Assembly (NCBI GenBank): GCA_951406725.2
Contig: OX597820.1
Coordinates: forward strand, 127,844,001-127,908,000
Direction of reading: 5' to 3'
Length of the DNA stretch: 64,000 bases
DNA from: Octopus vulgaris
Taxonomy: Eukaryota
In this document: positions 1 through 14,088 of the stretch, piece after piece
How the letters are laid out: every line of letters starts with the position of its first letter
How positions within the stretch are numbered: position 1 is the stretch's first letter
Notes under the pieces: model-generated
Seen by the model: only the letters and a program-made list of their open reading frames with translations
Databases searched by the model: none
What the model was told of the DNA's origin: nothing
Translations under genes and position numbers: made by a program

Positions 1-300
1 CTGGAGTACTTCGGGAAGATTCGAACAAGTAGCTGATTTTCTCATCGAATCTGGTTCATCTTTCGAGTACGTCTCCCTTGGTGTTCCAGGTGACTGCCAA
101 TCTGGTTCATCTTTCGAGTACGCGTCCCTTGGTGTTCCAGGTGACTGCCAATCCGGTTTGTATTTTGCTTTGTTATCATTGAGGCCTGACGACCTTCGAC
201 GTTGGCATTAGAGGATGGATCTGCCTGTTTAGGGTTAGTTTTTTGAGACAACACCGCCTCCGAATTCTCTGCATGTAAACATTGCTCGTACCGTAACTTC
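1..300 (-). mobile_element. possible N-terminal fragment of an R2-superfamily (R4/Dong-like) non-LTR element; contains a 51-bp tandem duplication at 48-158
   Basis: ORF 42-254 (ANVEGRQA...RKMNQIR) continues as ENQLLVRIFPKY and resembles the N-terminus of REL elements from memory; the 51-bp period is seen directly. Confidence 0.3.
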
Positions 301-609
301 TTAAGAATAGTAGATCTGTATTCGTATGTTTTTTGTTGTTGTTGATAGAATTATCTCCCGGTATAGTATTCTTGTGGTGCTTTTAAACTTATGAATTGTT
401 CACTCTGTGTTAGTTCGAAAAATAAAAAATAGTTTTGTTTTTGCTTTTCATTTGCTTCGTTTGTGTCACGTGTTTTTATATGCGTGTCTGTGTGTCCTGT
501 AAATGTCACGTAGTTGTGTAAATATTGGGATGTATGTGAAGTGCAATGGGTAGTAAAATGTATATATGATTATGTAGACATTCGAATGTATGCGTAATTA
601 CTCAATTTA

Positions 610-1863
610 TTGGGTTGGCGACTAAGTTCCCGCCGCTATAAAAAATGGTTTATTAAAAATAACAATTAATTAATCAATAATGTATTCACCCTTGTTGTTT
701 ACAGCTTCTTCCCAACGTTCAACAAGATTTCCAATACCTCGTTGGTAAAAATCACCCGATTTCGACTCGAAAAATTGATCCAACCATCTGAATTCTGCAT
801 CAGTTTTGAACGAAACCCCGCTCATAGCATTTGAAAGAGATCGAAAGAGGTGGAAATCCTTTGGTGCCAAATCAGGAGAATACGGCGAGTGTGGCAGCAC
901 TTCCCAGCCATGCGTTTGAATAGCTTCCTTGGTCACATTGACGAAATGAGGGCGGGCGTTGTCGTATAGCAGAAGAACGCCATGCTGCCGATTAGGTATT
1001 TTCTCTTGAATAGCCGTGTTGAGTCCTTCCATCAGTTGAACATAGAGTTCTGCGTTAACCGTTTGGTTCTGTTCAAGCAATTCGTAATGGGTAATCCCTT
1101 TCCAGTCCCACTATAAACACAACATCGTTTCACATGGATGAAGAACTTGTCTCACGCGTGATGTCGCTTGTTTGCCAAGGCTAAGCCATTCCTTACGCTG
1201 CTTCATATTGATGTACAGGCACCATTTTTCTTCGCCAGTAATGATTTGGTAAAGAAATCGCTGCTTGTGTCCATGAGTTGAGCTGTGATGAGCAAGCAAA
1301 CCAGCGGAGATTGTGGCTCTTTGATTTTTGTTGTTGTCACTTAAAACATGTGGAATCCATGCTCCACACTTCTGAACCTTTCCCATCGAGTGAAGATGCT
1401 TCTCTATAGCAGTGTGGGATCATTCCATTTTCTCTGCCAGTTCCCTTGTCGTTTGACAAGAATTTCCTTGCAAAAGTTGGTTTAATCGCTCTTCATCGAA
1501 CTCAACTGGACGGCCAGAGCAAGACACGTCTTTGAGGTCAAAATTTTGAACTTGGCATACCAATCACGAGCGCTTTTTTCAGCTATGGCTCCCTCTCTAT
1601 ACACAGCACAAATGTTGCGAGCAGCTTTTAGGCTTTAGATCCTTGATTAAAAGCAAAAAGAAGGAGGTGTCAAAAATGCTCGTTTTTCTTAACTTGACAT
1701 TCCATTTCAATGATCTGAAAATATATAACAATTAACTAAAATTAACTAGAAAAAAATTCCAAAATGATTCAAAAATAGAATTCTCGAAAAAAATAGATTC
1801 CAAAATTAAAAAATGCAATCAATTCCAAAATTAAAAAAAAAAGGAACTTAGTTGTCAACCCAA
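610..1863 (-). mobile_element. full-length mariner (DD34D) transposon, inactive
   Basis: TIRs ttgggttggcgactaagttcc (610-630) and ggaacttagttgtcaacccaa (1843-1863) differ at 2 positions; TA on both sides; about 1.25 kb. Confidence 0.95.
670..1705 (-). pseudogene. mariner transposase pseudogene
   Basis: MECQVKKNEHF start, WIPH, TGEEKW, DNARPH and YSPDLAPKDFHLF motifs; several frameshifts and stops. Confidence 0.95.
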
Positions 1864-2156
1864 TATATACTTACTGTTTTGTTCCGTTTATATTTTGTAA
1901 TTTGTAAACTTCCCGGTGTTGATTTCGTGTGTGTTTCGCACATGTTTTACCGAGACATCGGATATTGGAGAAATTCTGCTTTGTATGGCAGTAAAATTTC
2001 GCTTTTGTGATTATTTTCGTTAAAAGGCCGCTTCGTTCAAGTCTTCCACAGGTTTCTTTATCCCATTCCACCAATGTTATTAGATTAGATTTGTTTTGGA
2101 ATGGAGAGCCTGGTGTAGAACATCCATGTAGCTCTTCAGCGCCGTCGTATTATTCT

Positions 2157-2176
2157 CTACTACTACTACTACAACA

Positions 2177-2231
<55 letters not shown>

Positions 2232-2262
2232 TTATTATTATTATTAGTAGTAGTAGTAGTAG
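2157..2262. repeat. (CTA)n/(TTA)n/(TAG)n microsatellite
   Basis: direct inspection. Confidence 0.95.
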
Positions 2263-2700
2263 ATGGGAAAACGGTCAGTAAGTCCTTCATACGACAGGAA
2301 ATGTTTCAATATGTAGAAGCAAAATTAAATGGAAAAGTAAAAACGAAGCAGAAAAACATGTAATTTGCAGATTTTGACATCATTAGTGGAAAAGATGTGG
2401 AGTATAAAAGTATCCAAAAGCAAATACTGTTATATAATCACATAAAAATTTTTATACGGAAGGTGCTGATACTAAAGCATTGTAGAAAGCTATAGAAAAT
2501 ACGATGAAGAAAATAACCGACTTCAGCAAAACCTGTTGCATTGACAGAATTTAAATTATATTTCTATCAAGATACAGCAAAGAAGCCGTTACAATGTGGA
2601 GAGAGAATTTCCTTGGCCCCCGTCTTGTATTGCCTTATAGTAATCTCTTTCTATGCATCACGGAAAATCAACATTTTAACTGTGTGCTAAATTTGTCGAA
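2263..2700 (+). mobile_element. highly eroded R4/Dong-like RT fragment
   Basis: traces ILTSLVEKMW and SLAPVLYCLIVIS (compare SLSPLLFCLALIPLS); abuts a trinucleotide repeat. Confidence 0.3.
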
Positions 2701-3744
2701 ACAGCACAATAGGAGAAGTGAAAGGGCTTCGCAATGGCTTTTTGACAGTTTTAGATAAAGTTTCCGAAATAAGCCTCTGACATAAAGAATTTGTTGCAAA
2801 TTAAAGAAGAAAAAGAACATAATACTAAAGCAATTGATGTGTACTATAAGCTATGGCTTATTCAACATCAGTCTACGTTAAATCCCAAGGAAGAAAAACG
2901 ACAGCAGTTACAATAAAATCAATAAATACTAGTAGAAATCGTAAGAACCAGATTCTGTATGCAACGCCATTTATACGATACCACGTGTGACAGCAACCAA
3001 ATCATTCTGAGAAAAATCAGTTTTGAAACCTTATATTTTCATTTCGTTAAGTATTTTGAATAATGTTTTTCAATTATTTGGTCAAATGAAAACGTGATTT
3101 TTAGCAGACATACCTACAAAAACTCATTGGTTTAAAATAATTCCAAATGCTTAAAGTGTTATTTGTGATTTACTAAACAAGTCGATTCTGTATTATATAC
3201 AGTTTCAATATTTCTCTTATTTCAAACACATCGATTTTACTTCATTATTTTTGTTGTTGTTGGCTATTCCTAACGACCCTGAAGTAGCAAATCTATGATT
3301 AAAGCCATTCCAACTGAAAACATGCTTAACAGGATTTTGTCAAACGCGTCCTATTTTGACACTGCCGCATGTTTCATTTAATTTATTCAGTTTTGTAAGG
3401 AGATAATTTTTTAAAAAATCTCAACAAATATATGGTTGTTGTCTTAAGACGTTCACTTTCACTTCATAATCACGGAATTCAGTTTCTATCCGATGCGCAA
3501 CATTTTGTGGAAGTGTCTCATATCATAAAATATAGATGGTTAAATATCGCGAGGAAAATTTGGTAAATAGAAAGTGAGATAAGCCAGTCAAATGTATGTT
3601 TTGGATAGCAGAATGCTATGAACCTTTCCGAAAAACGTTTTTATATTGTGCTTAAACGCTTTCATGGTTCAACATTTCAAATACACGTGTTCTGGGCTAA
3701 TCCCTATAGAGGAAGTTGCTTTTAATTATGGTGTTGACTGTTTC

Positions 3745-4410
3745 CGGTTTAGTTTCGGATTTTGAGCTCTTATAAAGTGTTCTTTTGCTGTTCGTAATTG
3801 GTAATTTTCTTCGTTTATATTGAAAAGAGGAACTGTTTCCAATTCTCCATTAGCACATGGAATATTGATGGCACTACATGGAATATTTATCACAAATGAA
3901 TCTTTAATTTGCGGTTTGCGTCTTTTCTCACGACTGGTTAGTTATGATCATATTTCTCCGGTGCAACTCACATTTTGGGCATCGGATTCAGTGGATGAGA
4001 TTGTTTTGTTTTGCAATTCATGTTTGCTTTCACCTTTAATTCATTTCCATTCTTGAATATTTTGGTCGTTCATTGTTCAATTATTTCACACGTTTCACGA
4101 CGAGGTCTCCATTGTTTGATGCCGTCCTCATATCTTTCTCCGTCCTCATCTCTTTCTCCGTCCTCGTTAGGCGCCTTTTGAGACTTGCTGATTCTCTACG
4201 TCTGTTGACAATTTGTGATGTTTTAATTATCTGTTAGAGATTTGATGACTGATGTAAAACTGGGAGGTATCGTTTGGACCGAATGTAAAGTGTTGTGGTT
4301 TCCAGGATTTTGAGTAACTACAAATGGAATATACGTTGTGCTATTTTTTTCACCTTCATAGTGAATGTTTTTCCGTAAGACAGAGATTCTGATTTCTCTT
4401 TCAGACGCAT
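3745..4410 (-). mobile_element. degraded Penelope-like element 3' fragment (GIY-YIG endonuclease)
   Basis: minus-strand peptides IPFVVTQNPGN, NLIHxIRCPKC and VPLFNINEENYQLRTAKEHFIRAQNPKLN parallel the PLE ORF at 11770-12555. Confidence 0.7.
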
Positions 4411-4414
4411 TTCA

Positions 4415-4415
<1 letters not shown>

Positions 4416-4505
<90 letters not shown>
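4416..4505. repeat. (TATC)n microsatellite
   Basis: direct inspection. Confidence 0.95.
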
Positions 4506-4514
4506 GGATCTGTA

Positions 4515-4915
4515 ACTTGTTTCCGTCAATAGACTGCGGCCATGCTAGTGCACCACCTCGAAAGATTTTAGTGTGGTACTTATTCTATAGGTCCCCTTTG
4601 CCGAACAGATAAGTTACGCGGGATGTAAACTGTGTCACCCACTATCGCTTGACAACGCCGGTTGTCAAGCGATAGTGGGTGACACAGATGCAAAGTAATG
4701 CACGCACACACACACGCATGCGCACACATGTTTATATATGTGACGAGTTATTTTCAGTTTCGGCGTACAAAATCCACACAAAAGACCTTGGTTGGCCCAA
4801 GACTATAGTAGAAAACACTTGCCCAAATGAGACTGAACCAGGGACCATGCAGTGAGAATCAACTAGGGACCATGTGACTGGAAAGTAAAGTTCTCACCAC
4901 ACACACAACATCCGC
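4515..4915 (-). mobile_element. tRNA-derived SINE family A (CORE-like)
   Basis: homologous to the + copies at 23011 and 63676. Confidence 0.85.
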
Positions 4916-4932
4916 ATTTTTATAAATATATA

Positions 4933-5326
4933 TTACTTGTTTAGTCATTAGAGCGCGGCCATGCTGGGGCACCACTTCGAGGAATTTTAGTCGAAATAAT
5001 CGACCCCGGTACGTATTTTCTTTTTAAGCCTGGTACTAATTCTATCAGTCTTTTTTGCCGAACTGCTAAGTTACAGGGACCAACACTGGTTGTCAAGTGG
5101 CTGTGTGCGACAAACATACAAATACAATACACACACACTCACACACATCCACACACACACATACGATGGCCTTCTTTCAGTTTCCGTCTTCCAAGTCCAT
5201 TCACAAGGCTTTGGTCGGCTCGAGGCTATAGTAGAAAACACTTGCGCAAAGTGCTACGTAGTGGGACTGAAACCGGGACCATATGATTGAGTAACGATAT
5301 TCTTACTTCACAGCCACACCAGCCTG
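4933..5326 (-). mobile_element. SINE family A
   Basis: gcggccatgctgg...ttttgccgaac...cttctttcagtttccgtc...acacttgc blocks. Confidence 0.9.
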
Positions 5327-5995
5327 CAGTATTGTCGTATACACATACATAAACATACATGTACAACTCTGCAGTTTTGAGATTCTTCATTCGCCTCCTC
5401 ATATATTTCTCTATTTTCAGTAAATTTCAAACTTATTTTTAGTTCAGACATTAAAATTTTTCGCATTCATTTTAGTATAAAACGAGAAATATGATCTTTA
5501 TGATATATCTTTTAATATATTCATTTGTTGCAATAAAAATAAAAACATGTATGAAGTGATACTGTAGCTATGTGATAACCAATCACGGAGAAAGCTACTC
5601 AAAATTGCTATATATGTTAATGAACTTGATTTATCGCTATTAGAATTTATATCTTCTCTCACATTACATAATTCACATCATGATAGAGTTTCATTAATAT
5701 ATTAATGTTTGTAAAAAGTGATATGTGTTTCAAGAACATTCGAACTTATAATGTTCTTAGTTATGATCATGATCGGCCACCTACTTGGTAGCAAGTATCT
5801 TATTTTATCCATCACCCTTTAAATCTTACGGTCTTGCAGATTTTTATAGTCCCAGATATCGTGATCATTTGTAGTATATGAATTATAGATTTGCATTCTA
5901 TCCCCAAGTTCAGCCATACTTTGCTTTAGACGGGTTATGTGCCCTGTTGCTTCAATAGCAATAGGCATGAAGCTGAAAGTGTATCTTGGGTAGTT

Positions 5996-6123
5996 GTATG
6001 TATGTATGTATGTATGTATGTATGTATGTATGCATGCATGCATGCATGCATGCACGCACGCACGCACGCATGCACGCACGCAAGCACGCACGCACGTACG
6101 TACGTACGTATGTATGTATGTAT
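5996..6123. repeat. compound tetranucleotide microsatellite (TATG/CATG/CACG/TACG/TATG)
   Basis: direct inspection; (TATG)n resumes at 6429-6481 after the SINE. Confidence 0.95.
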
Positions 6124-6429
6124 GTTGTTTGTTCCTTCTCGAGTCATGCCTGGCTCATAAAGGCCGGTTTCCCGGTTTCTTGGCGTATAGGTTCCCCACC
6201 TGGACGGGACGCCGGTCCGTCGCAGGTGAGCTGCAAGATGCAGGAGGAAAGAGTGAGAGAAAGTTGTGGTGAAAGAGTCAGCAGAAGTTTCGCCATTACC
6301 TTCTGCCGGAGCTGCGTGGAGCTTAGGTGTTTCGCTCGTAAACACACACATCGCCCGGTCTGAGATTCAAACTCGCGATCCCTCGACCGCGAGTCCGCAG
6401 CTCTAACCACTAGACCATGTGCCTCCACA
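6124..6429 (-). mobile_element. tRNA-derived SINE family C (V-domain-like), inserted in (TATG)n
   Basis: minus strand starts gtggaggcacatggtctagtggttagagctgcggactcgcgg with A/B boxes; ctgcgacggaccggcgtcccgtccagg resembles the V-SINE domain from memory; second copy at 48955-49229. Confidence 0.85.
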
Positions 6430-7028
6430 TGTATGTATGTATGTATGTATGTATGTATGTATGTATGTATGTATGTATGTATTTGCACACATAAGCTCAC
6501 TGTGGATAAACATGGAAATACATTTCTAAACTACCGATGAACGGAAAAGTGTGATTGAGGAAGTGAATCTCCCGATGGAACGTTTCACGGATTTCTTAGA
6601 AAACATGTATGCGGTATGATTACCCAGTCAACAGCACAAATCAGATACTTATAAAGCAGTTGTGAATCAGGCTGGCACCATATTGGATAGTCTAGTTTCT
6701 GTATTTGAGCTTTGGATAACCCTTCCTTAAATAATCAGCATGACCGCGGCCTTCGAGCTAAAACATTTTAAAGGATTTAAGGATACACGTAATTATATAC
6801 ACATATTTATGTGCGAGTGTGTGTGTGTGTGTGTGTGTCTGTGACTGTGTGTGTGTGTTCCTTGTTCTTCATTAGTGCACATTGCGAGAGGTGTGGCCAT
6901 GATTCAACTGTGAAGCCAGAAAGAAAAATCACGCGATCAGGCTAAAACTTCAATCACGTGACCACAGTAGTAACAACTATAAGCACGCATGTGCAGAAGG
7001 CAGTGTAACAATTATAAAGATATGTTAA

Positions 7029-7420
7029 AGGCAGAGCGCTGGCAAAAACCTTAGCCCAACGAGCGAAATGCTTCACGGTATTTCGTCTGCCGCTACGTTC
7101 TGAGTTCAAATTCCGCCGCGGTCGACTCTGCCTTTCATCCTTTCAGGGTCGATTAAATAAGTACCAGTTACGCACTGGGGTCGATATAATCGATTTAATC
7201 CGTTTGTCTGTCCTTGTCTGTCTTCTCTGTGTTTAGCCCCTTGTGGCTAGTAAAGAAATAGGTATTTCGTCTGTCTTTACGTTCTGAGTTCAAATTCCGC
7301 CGAGGTCGACTTTGCCTTTCTCTGCTTTGGGGTCGATACATTTAGTACCAGTTGCGTACTGGGTCGATCTAACCGGCTGACTCCTCCAAAATTTCGAGCC
7401 TTCTGCATAAAACACAAAAG
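7029..7420 (+). mobile_element. SINE family B with an internally duplicated body
   Basis: gtatttcgtctg...ttctgagttcaaattccgccg...ggtcgact...gcctttc...ggtcgat...agtaccagtt occurs at about 7078 and about 7262. Confidence 0.85.
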
Positions 7421-7496
7421 AATCATAAAAATATGTTACAGAGAAACGATGGATTTTGACTTCCTCTCGTGTATATATATATATATATATATATAT

Positions 7497-7630
7497 ACTC
7501 ACCTTCGAAAAAGGACGTAAAGCAGCTGAAACTATTCGCGATATCAAAGAAATGTTTGGTGAAGAAATGACTAGTGAGTGGTTAGCTCCAAAATGGTTAA
7601 AGCTATTTTAGCAGTGGAGACCTGAGCCCT
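7497..7630 (+). mobile_element. mariner N-terminal fragment
   Basis: KAAETIRDIKEMFGEEMTSEW; homologous to 9280-9400 on the minus strand. Confidence 0.75.
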
Positions 7631-7793
<163 letters not shown>

Positions 7794-8046
7794 TTGGAAT
7801 TTACAAAAAAAAAACAAAAGACGAAGACAGGTCTGTAAATAACAAACAGTTGTATTTGTTTAACGCTCGGAAAGGTATATATATGATTTGATTTGATCTA
7901 GTTTCAGCTCATGAGGTTTGGCCATGCTATATGTATATATATATATATACACACATACTTTTATTAAAGCTGAAAAATTCTTCACATACTGTTTGCTTTG
8001 AGTTTCACGTTACTGTTCGTCAGACAGTTATGATCACGCACGCACG

Positions 8047-8079
<33 letters not shown>

Positions 8080-8235
8080 CCACACACAAACAAACACACA
8101 CATACACACACATATTAATGCATATATGCATGTATTGAAAAAAGGTTGGTGTACATACACGCACTCGTACACACATACACACACGTATACGCTGAATTTA
8201 TGTTATACATACATATCTATCTATCTATCTATCTG

Positions 8236-9590
<1,355 letters not shown>

Positions 9591-9611
9591 TATAATACAG
9601 ATGTATTATAA

Positions 9612-9750
9612 TACAGATGTATTAGTATAACGCTCAGGAATAGAAAAAGTCTTTTACGTGTTCGAGCCTACGCTATTCTACAGAAAGGGACACAGAAAAA
9701 TCAAGGAGAGAAAAAAATGTGTGTTGTGGCTAACGATCTATCATGGCGAC
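9612..9750 (-). repeat. dispersed PLE-type terminal repeat with a hammerhead-like motif (9651-9687)
   Basis: homologous to 47000-47135 and partly to 7800-7875. Confidence 0.65.
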
Positions 9751-9842
9751 TGACTTATATATATATAACTGAAACATGTTATAATGTATATATAAAAATT
9801 AAAAATTGTATAATATAGCAGCATTTTCGAACTTCATTTTTT

Positions 9843-9880
<38 letters not shown>

Positions 9881-10750
9881 GCAGTCAATTATCGAATATT
9901 TCATTACAGTTTTCGTTATTTTAGTATTTATATACCAAATCCGGTGCACATCTTAAATAATTCCAATGTATGTTTGTATCCTATCGAGGAAAAGCCATAA
10001 ATATAGATATAAAAGGTAAATTATCGTATATTTCATTTTTTTCCTTTTCGCTTTCGTTATTTTCGATTCTAAATATTATACCCGGTGCACATATCAAATA
10101 TTAAGTATTTCTATAGTAAATAATCTTTAAATGAGAACTTCATTATGTTCTCCCCTTACTTACAAACTCCTTAGGATTATTATTATTATTATTATTATTT
10201 ATATTTTGGTTTAATATCTACCATTAATAATTTAGTACACTTGAAACTCTATCTATCAAGTAGACACCTATTAGAATCTGAATGTGTGTCCATAACCTTC
10301 TCCGCTATTCATTTACTACTTTTTCTCGCTGAAGTCAATTATCGTACATCTCATTACCGTTTTAGATATTTTTGCATTTATATATTAAACCCGATGCACA
10401 TACTCAATCGTTCCATTGTGTTTCAGCAAACTATCGACAATAATTCATAAATATAAATATAGAAAGTAAATTATTGTATATCGCATTTTCTGTTTCTTTT
10501 TCACTTTCGTTATGTTTGAATTTAGATATCATACCCGGTGCATATATTAAATATATTTATAGTAAATAATCTTTAAATGAGAACGTCGATATGTTCTCTC
10601 CTTAATTATACAATCCTTACAATTATTAATATCACATATTTTGACTTAATATCTACCATTAATAATTTACTAAACTTGAAACTTCATTAATTAGATACTT
10701 AGAACCTGAATTTATATCTATAACTTTAATCATTAAAATTATTTACTAAG
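9881..10750 (+). repeat. diverged tandem duplication, 2 x about 450 bp, with an internal sub-repeat of about 135 bp
   Basis: agtcaattatcg...ccggtgcacat...atagtaaataatctttaaatgagaac...atatctaccattaataattta present in both copies. Confidence 0.85.
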
Positions 10751-11018
10751 TAATATATACATAACATTCCCATACCTTCAGTCTTTTCTATATTCTATAT
10801 TTTTATTACTTTAACACACTCAAGCAAACAATCGTATAATTCATAAACTTTCCTTTCCAAAAGTACTTATTTATTTATTTATCTATTTATTTTATTTATA
10901 TATATATATAAAATATTATTAAAATATATTAAGATATGTTAAAAATATGTTTTAGCATAGAGTATATATATGTGATTATAAGTTGTGCAAATATACCCAT
11001 GGCTGTATGTCCGACTGC

Positions 11019-11080
<62 letters not shown>

Positions 11081-11349
11081 GAAAGTTTGTTTGTGAAAGC
11101 ACGTGGGTGAATATATAAGAAAATAGTAAAGAGTGAAAAAACGACAGAAGGCTTAAATGTTAAAGAATATATATATTTGCGTCAATATGTCTGGAGAATA
11201 TTGGAAAAATTTTTTTCCCCTTCTTATAATGACATAATTTTATAATTTTTAAAGAAAGACCGGTTTCGCATTTAGCTCTTCAAATTTCTTGCGACGTAAT
11301 GTTTATCTTTAATAGCGTTATCCTTGTTTTTTTTTTTTTTTTTTTTTTT

Positions 11350-12555
11350 ATTGCTATGGGTACAAGGGCAGCACCAGTCATTGCGAACTTAACAATGGGA
11401 TACATGGAAATAATCATTTACCAGGAATCTTTATCAATCTTTGGAAACCCCCTCTCTCAATACATAAAAGAGAACTGGAAACGATTCTTGGACGATTGTT
11501 TTATTCTCTTGAATGAAAACACAGATAAACTCTTAAAATTTAAAAACCTATTGAACAGCATAAACCCAAATATACAGTTCACAATGGAATACAACCAAAA
11601 GGAGCTCCCGTTCTTGGATATACTAATTAAAAAAATTAACCTTAAAATAGAAACAGACATTTTGTAAAAAGCCACAGACGCCAAACAATACCTTCTCTTT
11701 AATTCATGCCACCCAAGACACACTAAAACAAACATCCCCTTCAACCTTGCAAGAAGGATATGCACAATAGTGTCAGAACAAAATACCAGGAACTTCAGAC
11801 TGCAAGAACTCAAAAACACCTTAATTGACAGACATTACCCAGCTCAACTCATAGAGGATGGGATCAGACGTGCAACAGAAATCAACATAGAAACTTTAAG
11901 AAAAGTTCAACACAACAACACACCTTCCCCGAAAATACTACCTTACATATCTACATACAACCCCAGAAACAAAGAAGCTTTCACCATCATCACCCAGAAT
12001 TTACCAATACTTCAGAAAAACTCCAAATTAAAGGAAATTCTAAACATACACCAAATCATTAAAAGCTACAAACAGCCTAAATCAGTTAAAAAGATTCTCA
12101 CAAAGGCAAAATTATCTTCTGAAATTACGGATGCAAAAGTAGAAAAATGTGGTAGATCGAACTGTGCAACATGTCCTAACCTACTAGAAGGATCAGAATT
12201 CTTCTTTAAAGAGGGACAGAAATTCAAGATCAAATCTAACTTTACTTGTGCCTCTGAAAACATAATTTATGTCATAAAATGCTCGGGCTGCCACCAAGAC
12301 TACGTGGGGTCCACGGGACTATCACTCAGACGTAGATGCACACTGCATCGACAACAGATTGCATTCCCAGAATATAGAACGATACCTTTTAGTGAGCACA
12401 TTGAGAAATGCGCAAAGCAACTACAACCACAATTTTTAATCTTTCCATTTTACCAATGTGCTTTCGGATCATCAACACAAATTAGACTAAACAAGGAAAC
12501 ATTCTTCATTGAAAAGTACAAACCCAGACTCAACTATCCAAACATAATAATATAG
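11350..12555 (+). pseudogene. PLE RT (C-terminal part) plus GIY-YIG endonuclease, one in-frame stop at 11665-11667
   Basis: AMGTRAAP, WKRFLDDCF, LPFLD, HPRHTK, CxxxxCxxC, IIYVIKCSGC..YVGST and KETFFIEKYKPRLN, all in one frame. Confidence 0.95.
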
Positions 12556-12707
12556 AGAAATTCACACTAAGAGAAAAAGGAAAAAAAATTTTTTAAAGCG
12601 ATTATCTCCCTTACACCGGAAGAAATCACGCACTACCTTCCCTTATTTAGAACTCTCCGTAGCAAAAAAAACAAGGATAACGCTATTAAAGATAAACATT
12701 ACGTCGC

Positions 12708-12746
12708 AAGAAATTTGAAGAGCTAAATGCGAAACCGGTCTTTCTT
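12708..12746 (+). ncRNA. minimal type-I hammerhead ribozyme motif (inverted copy at 11252-11290, minus)
   Basis: aagaaa-t-TTGAAGA-gc taaat gc-GAAA-ccgGTC-tttctt; palindromic helix III ACCGGT; C3U core variant. Confidence 0.75.
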
Positions 12747-12898
12747 TAAAAATTATAAAATTATGTCATTATAAGAAGGGGAAAAAAACGTTTCCAATAT
12801 TCTCCAGACATATTGACGCAAATATATATATTCTTTTACATTTAAGCCTTCTGTCGTTTTTTCACTCTTTACTATTTTCTTATATATATATATATATA

Positions 12899-12953
<55 letters not shown>

Positions 12954-12980
12954 GTATATATATACATGCGTTTTGGTGTA

Positions 12981-13020
<40 letters not shown>

Positions 13021-13023
13021 TGA

Positions 13024-13070
<47 letters not shown>

Positions 13071-13345
13071 CATAAATTTTATTTGTTACTTATGCGTGTA
13101 CGTGCAAATCTTTACTTTTATATTATATTTTTTATTTTATTTTATCTTTTTAGCTTGATTTTATTAAAAAAAAATTATGCATATTTTATTTATTTGTTTC
13201 CTGATATAAGGTATATTCATGAATATATAGAACCCATCACTTGGAAGCACTTACCATATATAGCTTTAAAATTCTTTAACCCACTAATACTCTGTATGCA
13301 TCCTTCAAAGAAAAATGATTATCTAAGTTCCATGAGCTCAGAATT

Positions 13346-13460
13346 AACCCTGAAGAAGTCCTGCCACCATATAATTAGAATATGATACCTTTCTTAGCAT
13401 TTAACCAAATGTTTGGAACTTGTGATCAACTTGGTGATAGGACTGAAAAAATATGTAGTT
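13346..13460 (+). ncRNA. hammerhead-like motif with a long helix II, degenerate
   Basis: aacc-CTGAAGA-agtcct.cacca...tggtg.aggact-GAAA-aaatatGTA-gtt. Confidence 0.55.
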
Positions 13461-13931
13461 CCTTTATTTCATTTTTTGAGCTTTACAACTTGTAATCAAT
13501 TTATTTGTTCTGTTATGTTTTTTAAAAGAAATTTTCATCATTTTGTAACATACAAATATATTATTCATAGATTCATTATTTCTCAATTTTCCTTTTTCAT
13601 CAATATTGATTTCAATAATCCCTAACATTTACCAATGACTTTCGCATTATATGATAGGGATTAATTGATGGAATACCTTAGATTATATAACCCCTAATGA
13701 GGATATTACTTCCACGAAGTAACTATATTTATAAAGAAATCAGGTTTTGTAAGTTATAAATATAAAGCGACTATGGACGTCTATTTACTGAAATTGATGG
13801 GTGAGCTTATGGCCCAACCGGATGCGCAAGGTGCCATGTAAGGGTTGATTTGTGGGTTCAATTCTGATTTGGGTTAACTCATCATTTTTCAGTCAATTGT
13901 TTATATATAAATGTTACTTCAAATCAGAGTA

Positions 13932-14050
13932 TCAATAATATTAATACGCTTTTTGTTTCTGTGCGTACCTGTTGTGTGCGTCACACTTACTTCAAGGAAG
14001 TGGAAAAGCGAGAGAGAGAGAGAGAGAGAGAGGAGGAGGACAGAGAGGAA

Positions 14051-14088
<38 letters not shown>

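Larger units (their letters stand above)
11111..12887 (+). mobile_element. 5'-truncated Penelope-like element with an inverted pseudo-LTR
   Basis: inverted repeat of about 224 bp (11111-11335 / 12664-12887) flanks an RT C-terminus plus GIY-YIG ORF. Confidence 0.95.

Noticed and set aside
6350-6429. tRNA gene
   Set aside because: it is the tRNA-derived head of a SINE and continues into a SINE body; no complete cloverleaf seen
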